Positions 27,501-39,289 of a DNA stretch of 64,000 nt are shown here, piece by piece. The position numbers were made by a program, and so were the translations under genes. The stretch's first letter is position 1, and each line of letters starts with the position of its first letter. Below the pieces are notes generated by a model. The model saw only the letters and a list, made by a program, of their open reading frames with translations, was not told the DNA's origin and searched no databases. Source of the stretch: Haliotis rufescens (taxonomy: Eukaryota); NCBI RefSeq assembly GCF_023055435.1, contig NW_025963891.1, forward strand, positions 5,766,001 to 5,830,000, read 5' to 3'.

Positions 27501-30500
27501 CTGATTGGTTGGATGAAAGGTCGTGCTGACATGACCCGTAATGGGATGTCCTCAGATCTTTGTTCAGCGATAGCGAGAACTAAGATCTGATTTTATTGAG
27601 ATTGGGTCTGTGAGGACCATGCCTGTGAGATGTGCCAACGTGGTAAATATCTAGGATCTGCATCACTTGGGCTCCCACATGAAACTGACAGCTTGTAACT
27701 GAAATACTGTTGAAAGCAGCTCTACCCCCTAACTGGTGACATGTATTTGTGTGGTATAAGATGCGCATCTAACGTATGGCTGTTTTTGTATTGAACGTAG
27801 AAGGATAACCTGTTTGAGATGGTGAGTGCGCCTCTTCCTCTCCTCTGCTGCTGCTGCCCTACTAACAGTTCTAGAGTGTCTCCTTCTTTCTGCATGGCAG
27901 TGCATTTCTTTAGAACAATTTCTCCATATTTCTCCATTTTAGGTTGATACGGTCTGTTATGCCCCATTCCTGTGTTTTAGTTTTAAGTTGAGTTGAGTAC
28001 TAGTTTTCAAATTTTATTCAGATGGTATTATTGAGTGAGTCAATCTTGTTATTGAAGTGAAGTAATTATAATTGATGAAAGAATAATCTACTTCCATCTA
28101 TCAGTACTATTTCAAGGGCATTTCTTAAATAGGAAAATAATTCCCCTATTAAATTCTAGGGTTCAACATTTAGATTGTTCACAACAGGTACCAGTGTAAT
28201 TTTTGATTGAGAAGTATTTACATAAGAGGTACCTCAAATACAAAATATTCTTCCAGTGAACTTTTGGGACTTGTGTAGGTAACTTAGGCCCATTGTAGTA
28301 CATGCATCTATAGTGATGAGGTGACAGGGCTACTCAAGTAGAGACAGCGCAGTTGCTTCACCGCTACACAGTCTTATCTTTATAGTGACCTGGTGATAGG
28401 AGTTTAGAATTGTTCCCCAGCAACCTCTGCTTGTCGTATGAAGCGACTCCATGGATCGGGGGTGCAGGCATCGGATGTTGCTCATAAATATAATCACTGG
28501 TTTGTCTGGTCCTGTCAGAGAGCTGGAATATTGCTAGGTACAAAAACAAGGAAAAAAACTGATGACATACTATAGATAAGGCAGTCATGAGTCAGACGTA
28601 CATATTCTGTGGTGTGAGCATGACTGCAATACTTTTCACCAGTGTTTGAAATCATTTTGAAACCCAACAAGACAGTCCATAAATGTTGCCTGCCCATCTT
28701 CAAAGTTACCTGCCCGCATTGTAAACATAAATACTGAAATATTGTGAAAAAATTGAGACAAGTTGTGTCTTTAATCAGTTGAAATGATGCAAACAAAGAC
28801 TGTGTCTTAAAGTTATCTGCCAAACAGTCGGGCAGGTGAAGGAAAATTTCATGCAGCCGACAGAAAACTTACCAGCCACGGGCAAGGGGGCTGGCAGTTC
28901 AGTCTGACACGGCTTTTTACTGACGGTAGGTGCAGAGTCTGAGCTTCATGACTCCTGCAGTCACTACACATGTAGGGACTGGAATCAGCACTTAGTACAG
29001 AGCGACAACATGGTGCCCGTATTCGACCTCAACTTCGACATTCTAAATAGCATTACTGAAAGATATTGTCCCTCTGCAGTTAGGGGTTATTATTAAATGC
29101 TTACATAGTATACATCATAAAATCTTAACTAGCAGATCAAGCAGCTGTTATCTGTAGGAAGGGATCAGATTTGCCATGACCCTTTAAGTAAATTAAGTAT
29201 GGCAGTAAAACTATCAAACGCCAGGAGGGCGAGCACTGACAAATGATACGATCGTTGTAACAATTGATCTGTGTCACTGACCACATGTCCAAAACACCCA
29301 GCTGGCTGTGGATCAGCTCTATCTAGAACCAGTCATGCATGTTAGAAGAAGACAATTTGCTTGTGTATGGTAAGCTTCTAAACGCTAGCTACTGAGTGAA
29401 TATGTAGTGACTCACAGGTACATTTGTACCAAAAGTAATATGCAGGGTAATCCTACTCACATCCTCACGTTCAGCATCAAATGAAGCCATCTGACCTCGA
29501 GGACTGTGTGTAGGGAATGGCTAGTTGTTGCAGTTGGCTCTATTTCTGATTCTTCCTTTGAATGGCATTACCTTCAATAACTGTACAAAAGTTTATTGAA
29601 ATGTGTTTATGCATGTTTTCACTTTTCAACTTGGAAAATCGTGTTTCTTGTTTATCTTTCCATTTTCTCATGTTAGTTGAGATATTTGATATTTATGTCC
29701 GTGTTTTTGCCTCTATTTTCAATTAGTGTTTTTTTCTCTTGCTCATGTTACTTCTCCCCAATGTATTGTCCCTTTTAATGTTCTGACTTTATGCTACTTG
29801 TATCTCTTTCACCACTTCAGATGTGTGTGTGTGTGCGTGTGTGTCATTTGGGGCTTGAGTAGGCCCCTAGATCCCTTTGTCCAACTGGGACCGCCTCCAT
29901 GCTTTAGTGGATAGAACACTTGTATGGGAAGGTTGGTTGTTCAGTCCCCTGGCTGCGTCATGCCAAAGACATTTGAAGTATTCGGTGTCTGAGTGAGGAA
30001 TCATGTTAAAATGTGGCATGGTATCTCAGTTGTCTAGCACTATATGGACTCGTACAAGCAGCCATACAAACACTTGTACATGCACGTGTCTATAAAAGTA
30101 CAATAATCTTGAACGCGACGTTAAATCCCATTTCACCTAACCTCTCCCTTTGTCCAACTGCCGAGTCCAGAAGTGCCGCTGTCACGTGCAGTGGTGACTC
30201 ATGGAGATTGGATGGACACAATGGCAGCTGAATGTGATAGCCGTTGAGGGATAACTTCCCAGTTTGACAAAGTCTGCGGTGAGCTGACTAATTTCTTGTG
30301 TTGTGATATCATGTTGTCTATATCACACCCAGGTCATTTCAGTAGCTTAAAGTGTCAACTTCACGTCGATATTCAATATGTGCACATGCAGCATTTATCC
30401 AGGGTCTGAGTCACCACCCTGTGTTTCTGACCCGAGAATGAGTCCCACACACTCACTCAAACCACTGCTATGTTTTGTCCTGTAGGACTGTTTGTCACTC

Positions 30501-33500
30501 ATATGGTCAAACCCATCTTGGTCTTGTCTACCTCTTCTTGTTGAAAGTGGTATAGCCCCTGACTGAGAATATTGACATCTGGTCCCATGAAGTTTGTGTA
30601 AACTTGCCTCGCTCCACCGATACCATGGGTTCAATTCCCCATATAGATAGTGGTGAACTTTGTGATGGCCTCCCCTGCAGGGAGAATGCCAGAATATGGA
30701 GGCATAAAACCATTCACATTTGCTCATCTTGACGACAGGGCCTGAAGTACAATTTAGATGCATGTTTCCATGATATGCACTGCATCAGGTTGCCATAGTT
30801 ACAGGTGGCCATATGCTGTTTCCTGGGGTGTGCACCTACCTACCTCAACAGCTGTGCTGACATCACCATCGTAATGGATCACTGTTTATCAACTGATGTT
30901 CCATCATGAGACAGTATTACTTGCTCATTCTTCACTCTGTCTGTTTTCATGCTGTCATACATTTAATCACCATTCTGATGTGTAAATATGTTGTCTTTGT
31001 CTGTGGGAATCTGGCCCAGGAAAGCAGGTCTATTTACCATTTTTACTATTTATTATCGTCTTCAATCTTTAACATTGCTGATCATTCATCTTCTGCTGTC
31101 TGTTTGCCTGCCTAACATCAGTCTGCCTGTCTATCTGTCAGACTGCCTATCTATGAGACTGCCTATCTGTCAGACTGCATATCTATGACACTGCCTTTCT
31201 GTCAGTCTATCTATGAGACTGCCTATCTCTTAGACTGTCTATCTGTCAGACTGCATATCTATGACACTGCCTTTCTGTCAGTCTATCTATGACACTGCCT
31301 ATCTCTTAGACTGCCTATCTGTCAGACTGCCTATCTGTCAGACTGCGTATTTATGAGACTATCTATGGCATGGTTTACAGCAACCTGTCTCTGAGGCGTG
31401 ATTGCCGCATGGCTCTGTCATCTGCCATCTTTACATGTGGCACATTCACCATCTTTAACCACTTCTGCTGTGTTGTACAGAAACTCTTTGTTACCCAGTG
31501 TGATACATGTATTTGAAATGCACCTTTTGACTTCTTATATATGATACATACAGTAGATGCTTGGATATATTTGTAAGAATGCATCCAGCTTTGGAGGTAG
31601 TTGTGCTAGTTTGTATGCCATATTTGATCCAGTAGGTAGCATCTATATACCTGTTATTTATCAACCCTAACGACACTGTTGACTGATTTGATCACAATCA
31701 TACAGCTTCACAACTTGCTGCAAATATATGACCATATCTTTCACCCCTCACCACTGCATATTCCCTGCCTGGTGCGATATCAGTTATATACGCTAGGCAC
31801 GTCCATCTGAATCCTTCCAGTGCACCATTAGCCAATAGATGTGATAGTAACACTGGATTGTGCCACATAATTAAAGAGTTGAACCAGCTTACTGTAGATT
31901 TTGATATATTCAAGAGTAAGGCAAATTCAGTCTTTCTGACATAGTTTATATGTCGATCTCACTGAAAGTTTGAAACAGATGGTAATTTTATATATGTACC
32001 AGAAATCACATTTCATAAAAACCCTGGTGTTTTGATTCTAACATTATGAATTTGATAGCAGCAAAGTGTAGGCCTGGTATTGAAACATACCTGGTCAGAT
32101 TGTTATCCTGCTTGTGGACTAGCAAAGACTATGAGCTGTAATTTCAAGTCTTGGGTTTAATTAAGAGATTCTGTCCACTTTCTGAGAAATCGTGTATCAT
32201 AATATTTGCAAAGTTAGTTGGCCAGGTTTACAGCACAGAGTACCTATCTTGATGATTGGTGACAGTCACAGCTGTCAGTGAGCTTCACAAATGAATTCAT
32301 TATCTGGTACAATATTCCTCCCGAGCCGGAGCAGGGCTTCTAAACATGTTCCTGTCCTGTTGTGTTGCGGAAGCTGGGGATGAGCAGCAGCCATCTTGAT
32401 ACTGTAAATTCTCAATACATCATTTTGCTGGAAAAACAGGTGGTTCCCATGGCTATAAAAATTATGCATGGAATTATATGTTTAATCCAGCTATTTCACA
32501 GATAAAGCTTAGCTTCCTGTACCTTTCTTACTTAAGTAATAAAGTGTGTAGTTTGGTCCTAGTTCTCTGTGAAGATTTACGGAATTTGGTAGAAGTGTTT
32601 GGTGCAACTCTTCAGAAGTGGGAACCACACCATTTAGAGGGTATTCAAAATGGCCGACTCATCCCTGTCTAGTCTCCTTACAATCTACGTGTTTTCATTT
32701 CTGTCGTTGGAACAGTTACAACTATTTCTTGTGCTTATTTAGTGTGGGTTATTCTTTTTCTGATCTATTTATTTTGACTGTAATTATTCAGTTTAGATGT
32801 GAAATTGTTTTTTTTAAATTTTATTTTTTGCTTGTTCTAAAACTAATAACTTTCCATTTTGATGTTTACACTGTGTGAATTTGCGTTATTGATGACACAG
32901 AAACAGTTTTCTACCTTTAATCCACACAACTGTTGATCTGAGATCCTATATTCAAATTAATTGTCATATATACTGAACAAAAGAAAGGTATGGATCATGA
33001 ATATTTTGGGGGGATATTTTTATGAAATTGTATGCTCAGTCTTCACTAAAAAAAATATCCCCCCAAAGTATTCATAATCCCACACATTTTTGTTGAGTAT
33101 ATATGCTGAGCGTAATGAGAAAAACTGATCCTAAAATGCTGAAGCAGGGACTCGAGTCAGCCTTGTCTACTGATGTGTAGTGGAGGCTTGTATTTTGTCG
33201 CAGTAGATGGTGTGGTTTGGTAGACACAAGACAAGCCTGATTCTTGATCCCTGCTGTCCATTTTACATTTGACTGACACCTTTAATTGTATAACACTATT
33301 GTTCATGCTCAATGATGAATTATTTGTCACTAGGATGTAGGTTAGATTTTTTTTTAAAACAATTGTAATCTTTTATGTTGTAATAATGTCAGAAAACAGC
33401 TTAACACCATCATACTTTAAGTGCTTTAAAGACAACATTTAACCATATTAGCATGTTTAGCATAGAACAGTTTTCAGATCATTATCACTGCATAAAGAAA

Positions 33501-36500
33501 TCATCAATAACATTTAGAAGCATTTGTTGAACAAGACATTGAATATATAGAAGCCATTGTTCTTTTTGTGTTCCTTCACTGGTAGTGTCCAGGCAGATAC
33601 TGTCACATGCATGTCCTGGTATAGTCAACTCCCGCGTAGTGTAGGCAGCAGGCGCATGTTACATGAAAACCTGATGGGAGGGTCACATGTTTCAGCGGGA
33701 GAAGCTAGACGACATGTGCGAAGTGAGTCGTGACAGCATCTTCTACAAGCTGGGCCAGACAGGCCTCATCTCCTTCTCCGACTACATCTTCCTCCTCACT
33801 GTACTGTCGAGTAAGTCAACCATCCTGTCCGTACGTCCACCATCTTGTCTGTATGTCCACCATCTTCTCTGTATGTCATCTATCTTGTCTGTATGTCCAC
33901 CATCTTGTCTGTACATCCACCATCTTGTCAGTATGTCATCCATCTTCTCTGTATGTCATCCATCTTCTCTGTATGTCATCTATCTTGTCTGTATGTCCAC
34001 CATCTTGTCTGTACATCCACCATCTTGTCTGTACATCCACCATCTTGTCTGTATGTCATCCATTTTGTCTGTATGTCATCCATCTTGTCTGTACATCCAC
34101 CATTTTGTCTGTATGTCATCTATTTTGTCTGTATGCCCATCATCTTGTCTGTATGTCTACCATCTTGTCTGTATGTCATCCATCTTGTCTGTACATCCAC
34201 CATTTTGTCTGTATGTCATCTATCTTGTCTGTACGTCCACCATCTCGTCTATGTCATCCATCTTGTCTGTACATCCACCATCTTGTCTGTATGTCCATCT
34301 AGTCTGTATGTCATCCATCTTGTCTGTACATCCACCATCTCGTCTGTACATCATCCATCATGTCTATGTCCACCATCTTGTCTGTATGTCCAGTCTTGTC
34401 TGTATGTCACCCACCTTGCTTGTATGTCCACCATCTCGTCTGTATGTCATCCATCTTGTCTGTATGTCCACCATCTCATCTGTATGTCATCCATCTTGTC
34501 AGTATGTCCACCATCTTGTCTGTACATCCACCGTCTCATCTGTATGTCATCCACCTTGTCTGTACATCCACCATCTTGTCTGTATGTCCATCTAGTCTGT
34601 ATGTCATCCATCTTGTCTGTACGTCCACTATCTTGTCTGTATGTCCACCATCTTGTCTGTATGTTAACCATCTTGTGTATGTGTCATCCATCTTACCGTA
34701 TCTAGTCAAGTGGTAGAGCGTCTGCCAAGAGATCAGAAGGTCAAGGGTTCACCCGGCCATGTCATACCAAAAGATGTTGCTGTTACCTGTCTAGCGCTCG
34801 GCATTAATTGGCCAAAAAAAGGACTGCCTGGCTTGGAGTCAGTTTACTGTGTCTGAGGGTATTCATGTTAAACTGCAACATGGCATCTCAGTAAGCTAGC
34901 ATTATAAAATCGGCATTAGTCCGGACAAGTGCACGCATGCACGCAGGCATGCACACACACCCTACCCAAGCTCATCTGTTCGTGAACCATCTTTTTTGTA
35001 AATCAATCACCTTGTCTGTTAGTCAATGATCTTGTCTCTAAGCCAATCATCCTGTCTACTGTCTACCATCTTGAGGTGACCATCCTGATATTCTACACTG
35101 TAGGGATGACAAATGCATCTGAGTATCCATGCCTTGTTAGTCAGCCCTTGCTTGGGAAAAGGTATACAATATTTTAATTTAGTACATTTATTTATAGCAC
35201 CTCCTCGCAACTTTGAGATTGGGTTCCGAATGTTTGACCTAAATGGTGATGGGGAGGTTGAATACACAGAGTTCCAGAAGGTAAGATGATCAGACAGCCA
35301 TGTTACTGCCACCTCCATCGCAAACTTTAGTTTATACTCCTTAACGTAAATTAAGAAGCAAAAGTGAATTTGTGGATAGGCTACTTAGCAACGTAAGTTG
35401 CAACCCTCCCATAATGGCACACAAGTTGACTGTACAGTAAAAAGGGTGAGGACTGGTTTGGTTATGGTAGTGTTGGCACTACCATTGCTAACTGCTACAG
35501 TATTCACCAGCTGAAGAAACATAACAAAATGGGGAGGATCCCTAGTTTCAGCTCACCTCTGAAGGTTTTAAGGGGACAGGAGATGACCACATGTTTTGAG
35601 TAGAGAGAAATACACTGCATTGCATCGTCAATACTCTGTGTGTGCAGGTACACGACGTGGTACAGAGTCAGACATCGATCGGGATGCGGCACCGCGACCA
35701 CGCCAACACCGGCAGCGTCAACAAGGGCATGAGTTCCTCACTCCTCACCTACTTCTTTGGTGTGGACAGCAAGAAGAAGCTGACTGTACAGGGCTTCCTC
35801 GACTTCCAGAGACAACTCCAGACGGAGATCCTCAAGATAGAGGTAGGTTGTCTCCCCTGCACTTGTTTTGGATTTAAGATTTAAATAATGGCGGATAACT
35901 TCAGGAGAATGCATTAAATGGCAATGATACATTTGAAGGCTAGGCAATTTAGTTCCATGTACTTCTCCAGTGTCGTCCTCCATGATGTTGGTTGCTAAAA
36001 GCGGCGTAAACCATACTCACTCACTCCATCCCTCACTCCATGTACTTCTAATTTCTTTATCATGAGGTTATTTACATGACTTTTACAGTTCAATCGCTAC
36101 AAGCAGGATGATGACACGATATCCGAGAAAGACTTTGGCAATGTCCTGATCACATATGCTGGAATGCCAGAGAAGAAAAAATTACGCATGTTGAAGAGAG
36201 TGAAGAAGAAGTTCAAGGAAAATCCAAGGGTGAGTTAAGGGAATCCTGGTGGTAGAGGCTGTATATATTGATATACACAAGGAGCGTGGTGGTAGAGGCT
36301 GTTATATTGATATACACTAGGAGCCTGATGATAGAGGCTGTTATGTTGATATACACAAGGACACCCTGGTGGTAGAGGCTGTATATATTGATATACACAA
36401 GGAGCGTGGTGGTAGAGGCTGTTATGTTGATATACACAAGGACACCCTGGTGGTAGAGGCTGTATATATTGATATACACAAGGAGCGTGGTGGTAGAGGC

Positions 36501-39289
36501 TGTTATGTTGATATACACAAGGACACCCTGGTGGTAGAGGCTGTATATATTGATATACACAAGGAGCATGGTGGTAGAGGCTGTTATATTGATATACACT
36601 AGGAGCCTGATGATAGAGGCTGTTATGTTGATATACACAAGGACACCCTGGTGGTAGAGGCTGTATATATTGATATACACAAGGAGCGTGGTGGTAGAGG
36701 CTGTTATATTGATATACACTAGGAGCCTGATGATAGAGGCTGTTAGGTTGATATACACAAGGACACCCTGGTGATAGAGGCTGTTATGTTGATATACACA
36801 AGGACACCCTGGTGATAGAGGATGTTATGTTGATATACACAAGGAGCGTGGTGATAGAGGCTGTTATGTTGATATACACAAGGACACCCTGGTGATAGAG
36901 GCTGTTATGTTGATATACACAAGGACACCCTGGTGGTAGAGGCTGTATATATTGATATACACAAGGAGCGTGGTGATAGAGGCTGTTATGTTGATATACA
37001 CAAGGAGCATGGTGGCAGAGTTTTTTTTGTTGATATACACAAGGAGCGTGGTGGTAGAGGCTGTTATGTTGATATACACAAGGAGCGTGGTGATAGAGGC
37101 TGTTATGTTGATATACACAAGGGCACCGTGGTGATAGAGGCTGTTATGTTGATGAAAACAAGGAGCGTGGTGATAGAGGCTGTTATGTTGATATACACAA
37201 GGACACCCTGGTGATAGAGGCTGTTATGTTGATAAACACAAGGAGCGTGGTTATAGAGGCTGTTATGTTGATATACACAAGGACACCCTGGTGATAGAGG
37301 CTGTTATGTTGATATACACAAGGAGCGTGGTGGTATGGTCTGCCACATGGATATACTCAAGTAGACCTTGACCAATGTTCTGGCTGTTTCAGGGTATCGG
37401 GTTTAGTGAGTACACAGCGTTCTGGCTGTTTCTGAAGAGCATCAACGACGTGGACACGGCCCTCAGCTTCTACCACCTTGCCGGCGTCTCTATTGACATG
37501 GGTAATACTACATAGCTTCCAGTCTGCCATAAACTCTTAGTATCTTGTATCAAGTCGAGTACTTTAAACCAAAATTTTGCTGATGTGATTGGTTTGTAAT
37601 AAATTTACATGTGTCAAATCTGTTTGAAACCTCGAAATTGAAAAAGCCTGTGTACACACATACAAAGCAAGGGTTAGAGTGACCGATCCAGTGTTCTGTA
37701 TGTTGTGTGTTGATGATCGAGCTGAAACACATCTAACTTGTTTTTTCTATCAATATTTTCACAATTTCCCTCTATGGCCTGTAGGGATTCAGGTTAAGAA
37801 CCGGTCAACGTTGCTGGTCATAAGATGCAATTTAATAGATTTGGAGATAAGGTTTTGTGACTTGATTGATTGCATGTCATGGTGCCTTAACTGTGTTAAT
37901 TGTTGCTTATGATAACAATCACTGTATTGTATGATCCAAAATTAACAGACTGCCGTAATAAACTGGAATATTGCTGAGTGCCACATTAAGAAACAAACAT
38001 CTGTGTAATGAATGAGATGTATGTTGTTGTTTTCAGAGACATTTCGCCATGTGGCCCGCACGGTGGCGCATGTAGAGCTGAGCGATCACGTCATCGATGT
38101 TGTCTTCACACTTTTTGATGAAAACAGTAAGACATACAAGTCCATTATATTCCTGACCTAGGTTGTTGAATATGGTCAGTGTATAGCAATGACAACCTGT
38201 ACAAGAAAGCTTATCAGAGCTTGATGTAGCTAAACAAAACATGCACACGTGCAAGCTATTCTTGAAATATACAACCTAATATCTGTGTCTACATGCACCA
38301 AATGCATGTCCAAAGAATTGAATTTTGTGTGTGACTAACCCTTACGTACCTTCCACACAAAATCGAATTTTGAGGACACTCATTACCTCTCAAGTTTGTT
38401 CACCATATTACATCGTTTAGATGTAGTTTGTGATGCTTTCAGTTTCTTAGGCTTAATGTCATCAAACTTCAAGATTGTGTGCACAGGTTCCTATCACGTT
38501 TTACAGAATAACTTTACGGGACCAGGGTGCAACCTGGTTTTGTTTGGCGCAACTAGGTTTTCATGTCAACATGCATCTGGTGCAAATTAAATCTATTTCC
38601 TTAAATCGCCCTACTTATGATTGAAAAAAGTGGTCTCATTCTCATTGTAAGCTTATAAAATGAGTGGACATTTATATACTTACATGAGATTATTTTTTAA
38701 AACATAGACTAATTGATAAAGGTGCTTGAAGTAGTAATAATATATCAGTACATCACTGCCATAAATCATGTTTTTTTGCTGTCGTCATAATATAAGATTG
38801 GATTTAAAGATTTTGAACAGAAGTTCACTTCACTGTCACCTGTCCATAAACTGTTGAAAATCTGCAAAAATGATAGTGTGATGGAAGCCAAAATACTGGA
38901 TTTAGGGCAGTGATGTACTGATATATTATTACTACTTCATGTACCTTTATCAATAAGTCTGGTACTAGTATGGTAGCCGTGTTTCATATTGCCATGGAAT
39001 ACCTCAGGCCCCGGTTAGATTCCTCACATGGGTACAATGTGTGAAGCCTGTTTCTCACGCCCCCGCTGTGATTTTGATAGAATATTGCTAAAATTACCAC
39101 ACAACCATACTGACTCTCACCCCCTCTCTCCCCCCAGATGACGGCCAGCTGAGTAACAAGGAGTTTGTGTCGGTGATGAAGCAGCGCGTGATGCGAGGCC
39201 TGGAGAAGCCGAAAGACACCGGCCTCATCAAACTACTTAATGCCATGTGGAAGTGTGGCAAATCACAGACCCAGACGTTCATCGACTGA
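21549..39289 (+). CDS. MICU1: Mitochondrial calcium uptake protein 1 (EF-hand MCU gatekeeper), 11 constitutive coding exons, ~531 aa
   Basis: Exons 21549-21928, 22415-22544, 23485-23647, 24409-24446, 33696-33810, 35198-35280, 35648-35842, 36089-36229, 37393-37501, 38037-38126, 39138-39289 (1596 nt in frame). Polybasic [52 protein letters not shown]-hands [12 protein letters not shown] and [13 protein letters not shown]-terminal MWKC. Confidence 0.96.
21982..22137 (+). mobile_element. Short tRNA-derived SINE family C
   Basis: A box TAGCCTAGTGG, B box GGTTCGATT, 3' end GCTGGAATATTGCTAAAAGCGGCGTAAAACCATACTCACTC. Other copies: 62589-62720 (minus), 38970-39120, ~55310-55415, ~35985-36030 (tail only). 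Confidence 0.8.
23774..24290 (+). repeat. Tandem array, 50-bp unit x~10, related to the family A 5' head
   Basis: cagggattccagggcagaataggtcccctg(t/g)(t/c)ctcatgcttgtctcttt-type unit. Shares AGAATAGGTC and CATGCTTG with family A. Confidence 0.9.
26320..26582. mobile_element. Degenerate MITE-like inverted repeat
   Basis: gtgtattatatctccattc (~26353) versus gaatggagatataacacac (~26536). Confidence 0.45.
26755..26781 (+). CDS. MICU1: Second candidate MICU1 micro-exon, 27 nt (SQTTSREGN)
   Basis: tgtttttgttccag acceptor, 9 sense codons, GTATGC donor, phase 0/0. Confidence 0.4.
27105..27604. mobile_element. Mutator-like MITE, ~90-bp TIRs, 9-bp TSD
   Basis: TSD GGTCTGTGA at 27096-27104 and 27605-27613. 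Termini CAATCTC...GAGATTG. Confidence 0.85.
27801..27821 (+). CDS. MICU1: Candidate 21-nt alternative micro-exon of MICU1 (KDNLFEM)
   Basis: CTAAC branch point ~27769, T-rich tract, TAG acceptor, AAGGATAACCTGTTTGAGATG, consensus GTGAGT donor. Phase 0/0 matches the flanking exons. Confidence 0.7.
31120..31365 (+). repeat. Minisatellite, ~16-bp unit gactgcctatct(atga/gtca)
   Basis: Direct inspection. Confidence 0.85.
32967..33103. mobile_element. Small Tc1/mariner-type MITE
   Basis: tatatactgaacaaaag...atgaatattttggggggatattttt versus aaaaatatccccccaaagtattcat...ttttgttgagtatata. Confidence 0.65.
33143..33255. mobile_element. Small hairpin, MITE-like
   Basis: agcagggactcgagtcagccttgtct versus agacaagcctgattcttgatccctgct. 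Confidence 0.5.
33817..34695 (+). repeat. Minisatellite, ~20-bp unit ccatcttgtctgtatgtc(ca/at), starting just after a MICU1 donor
   Basis: Direct inspection. Explains the long Cys/His/Val-rich ORFs in this region. Confidence 0.95.
36245..37336 (+). repeat. Minisatellite, ~40-42-bp unit filling almost the whole MICU1 intron
   Basis: gtggtagaggctgttatgttgatatacacaaggacaccctg and variants. Confidence 0.95.
38706..38960. mobile_element. MITE with ~55-bp TIRs
   Basis: agactaattgataaaggtgcttgaagtagtaataatatatcagtacatcactgcc versus its inverted copy at 38905-38960. Confidence 0.75.

Noticed and set aside
32616-32672. MICU1 cassette exon KWEPHHLE
   Set aside because: The nearest donor gives 25 nt (frameshift) and is weak, and read-through hits a stop. 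No support without RNA data.
33687-34716. Long ORFs (302, 286, 190 aa) rich in C/H/V/L
   Set aside because: Produced by a 20-bp minisatellite. Only 33696-33810 is a real MICU1 exon.
36213-37214. Repetitive ORFs on both strands
   Set aside because: Intronic minisatellite.
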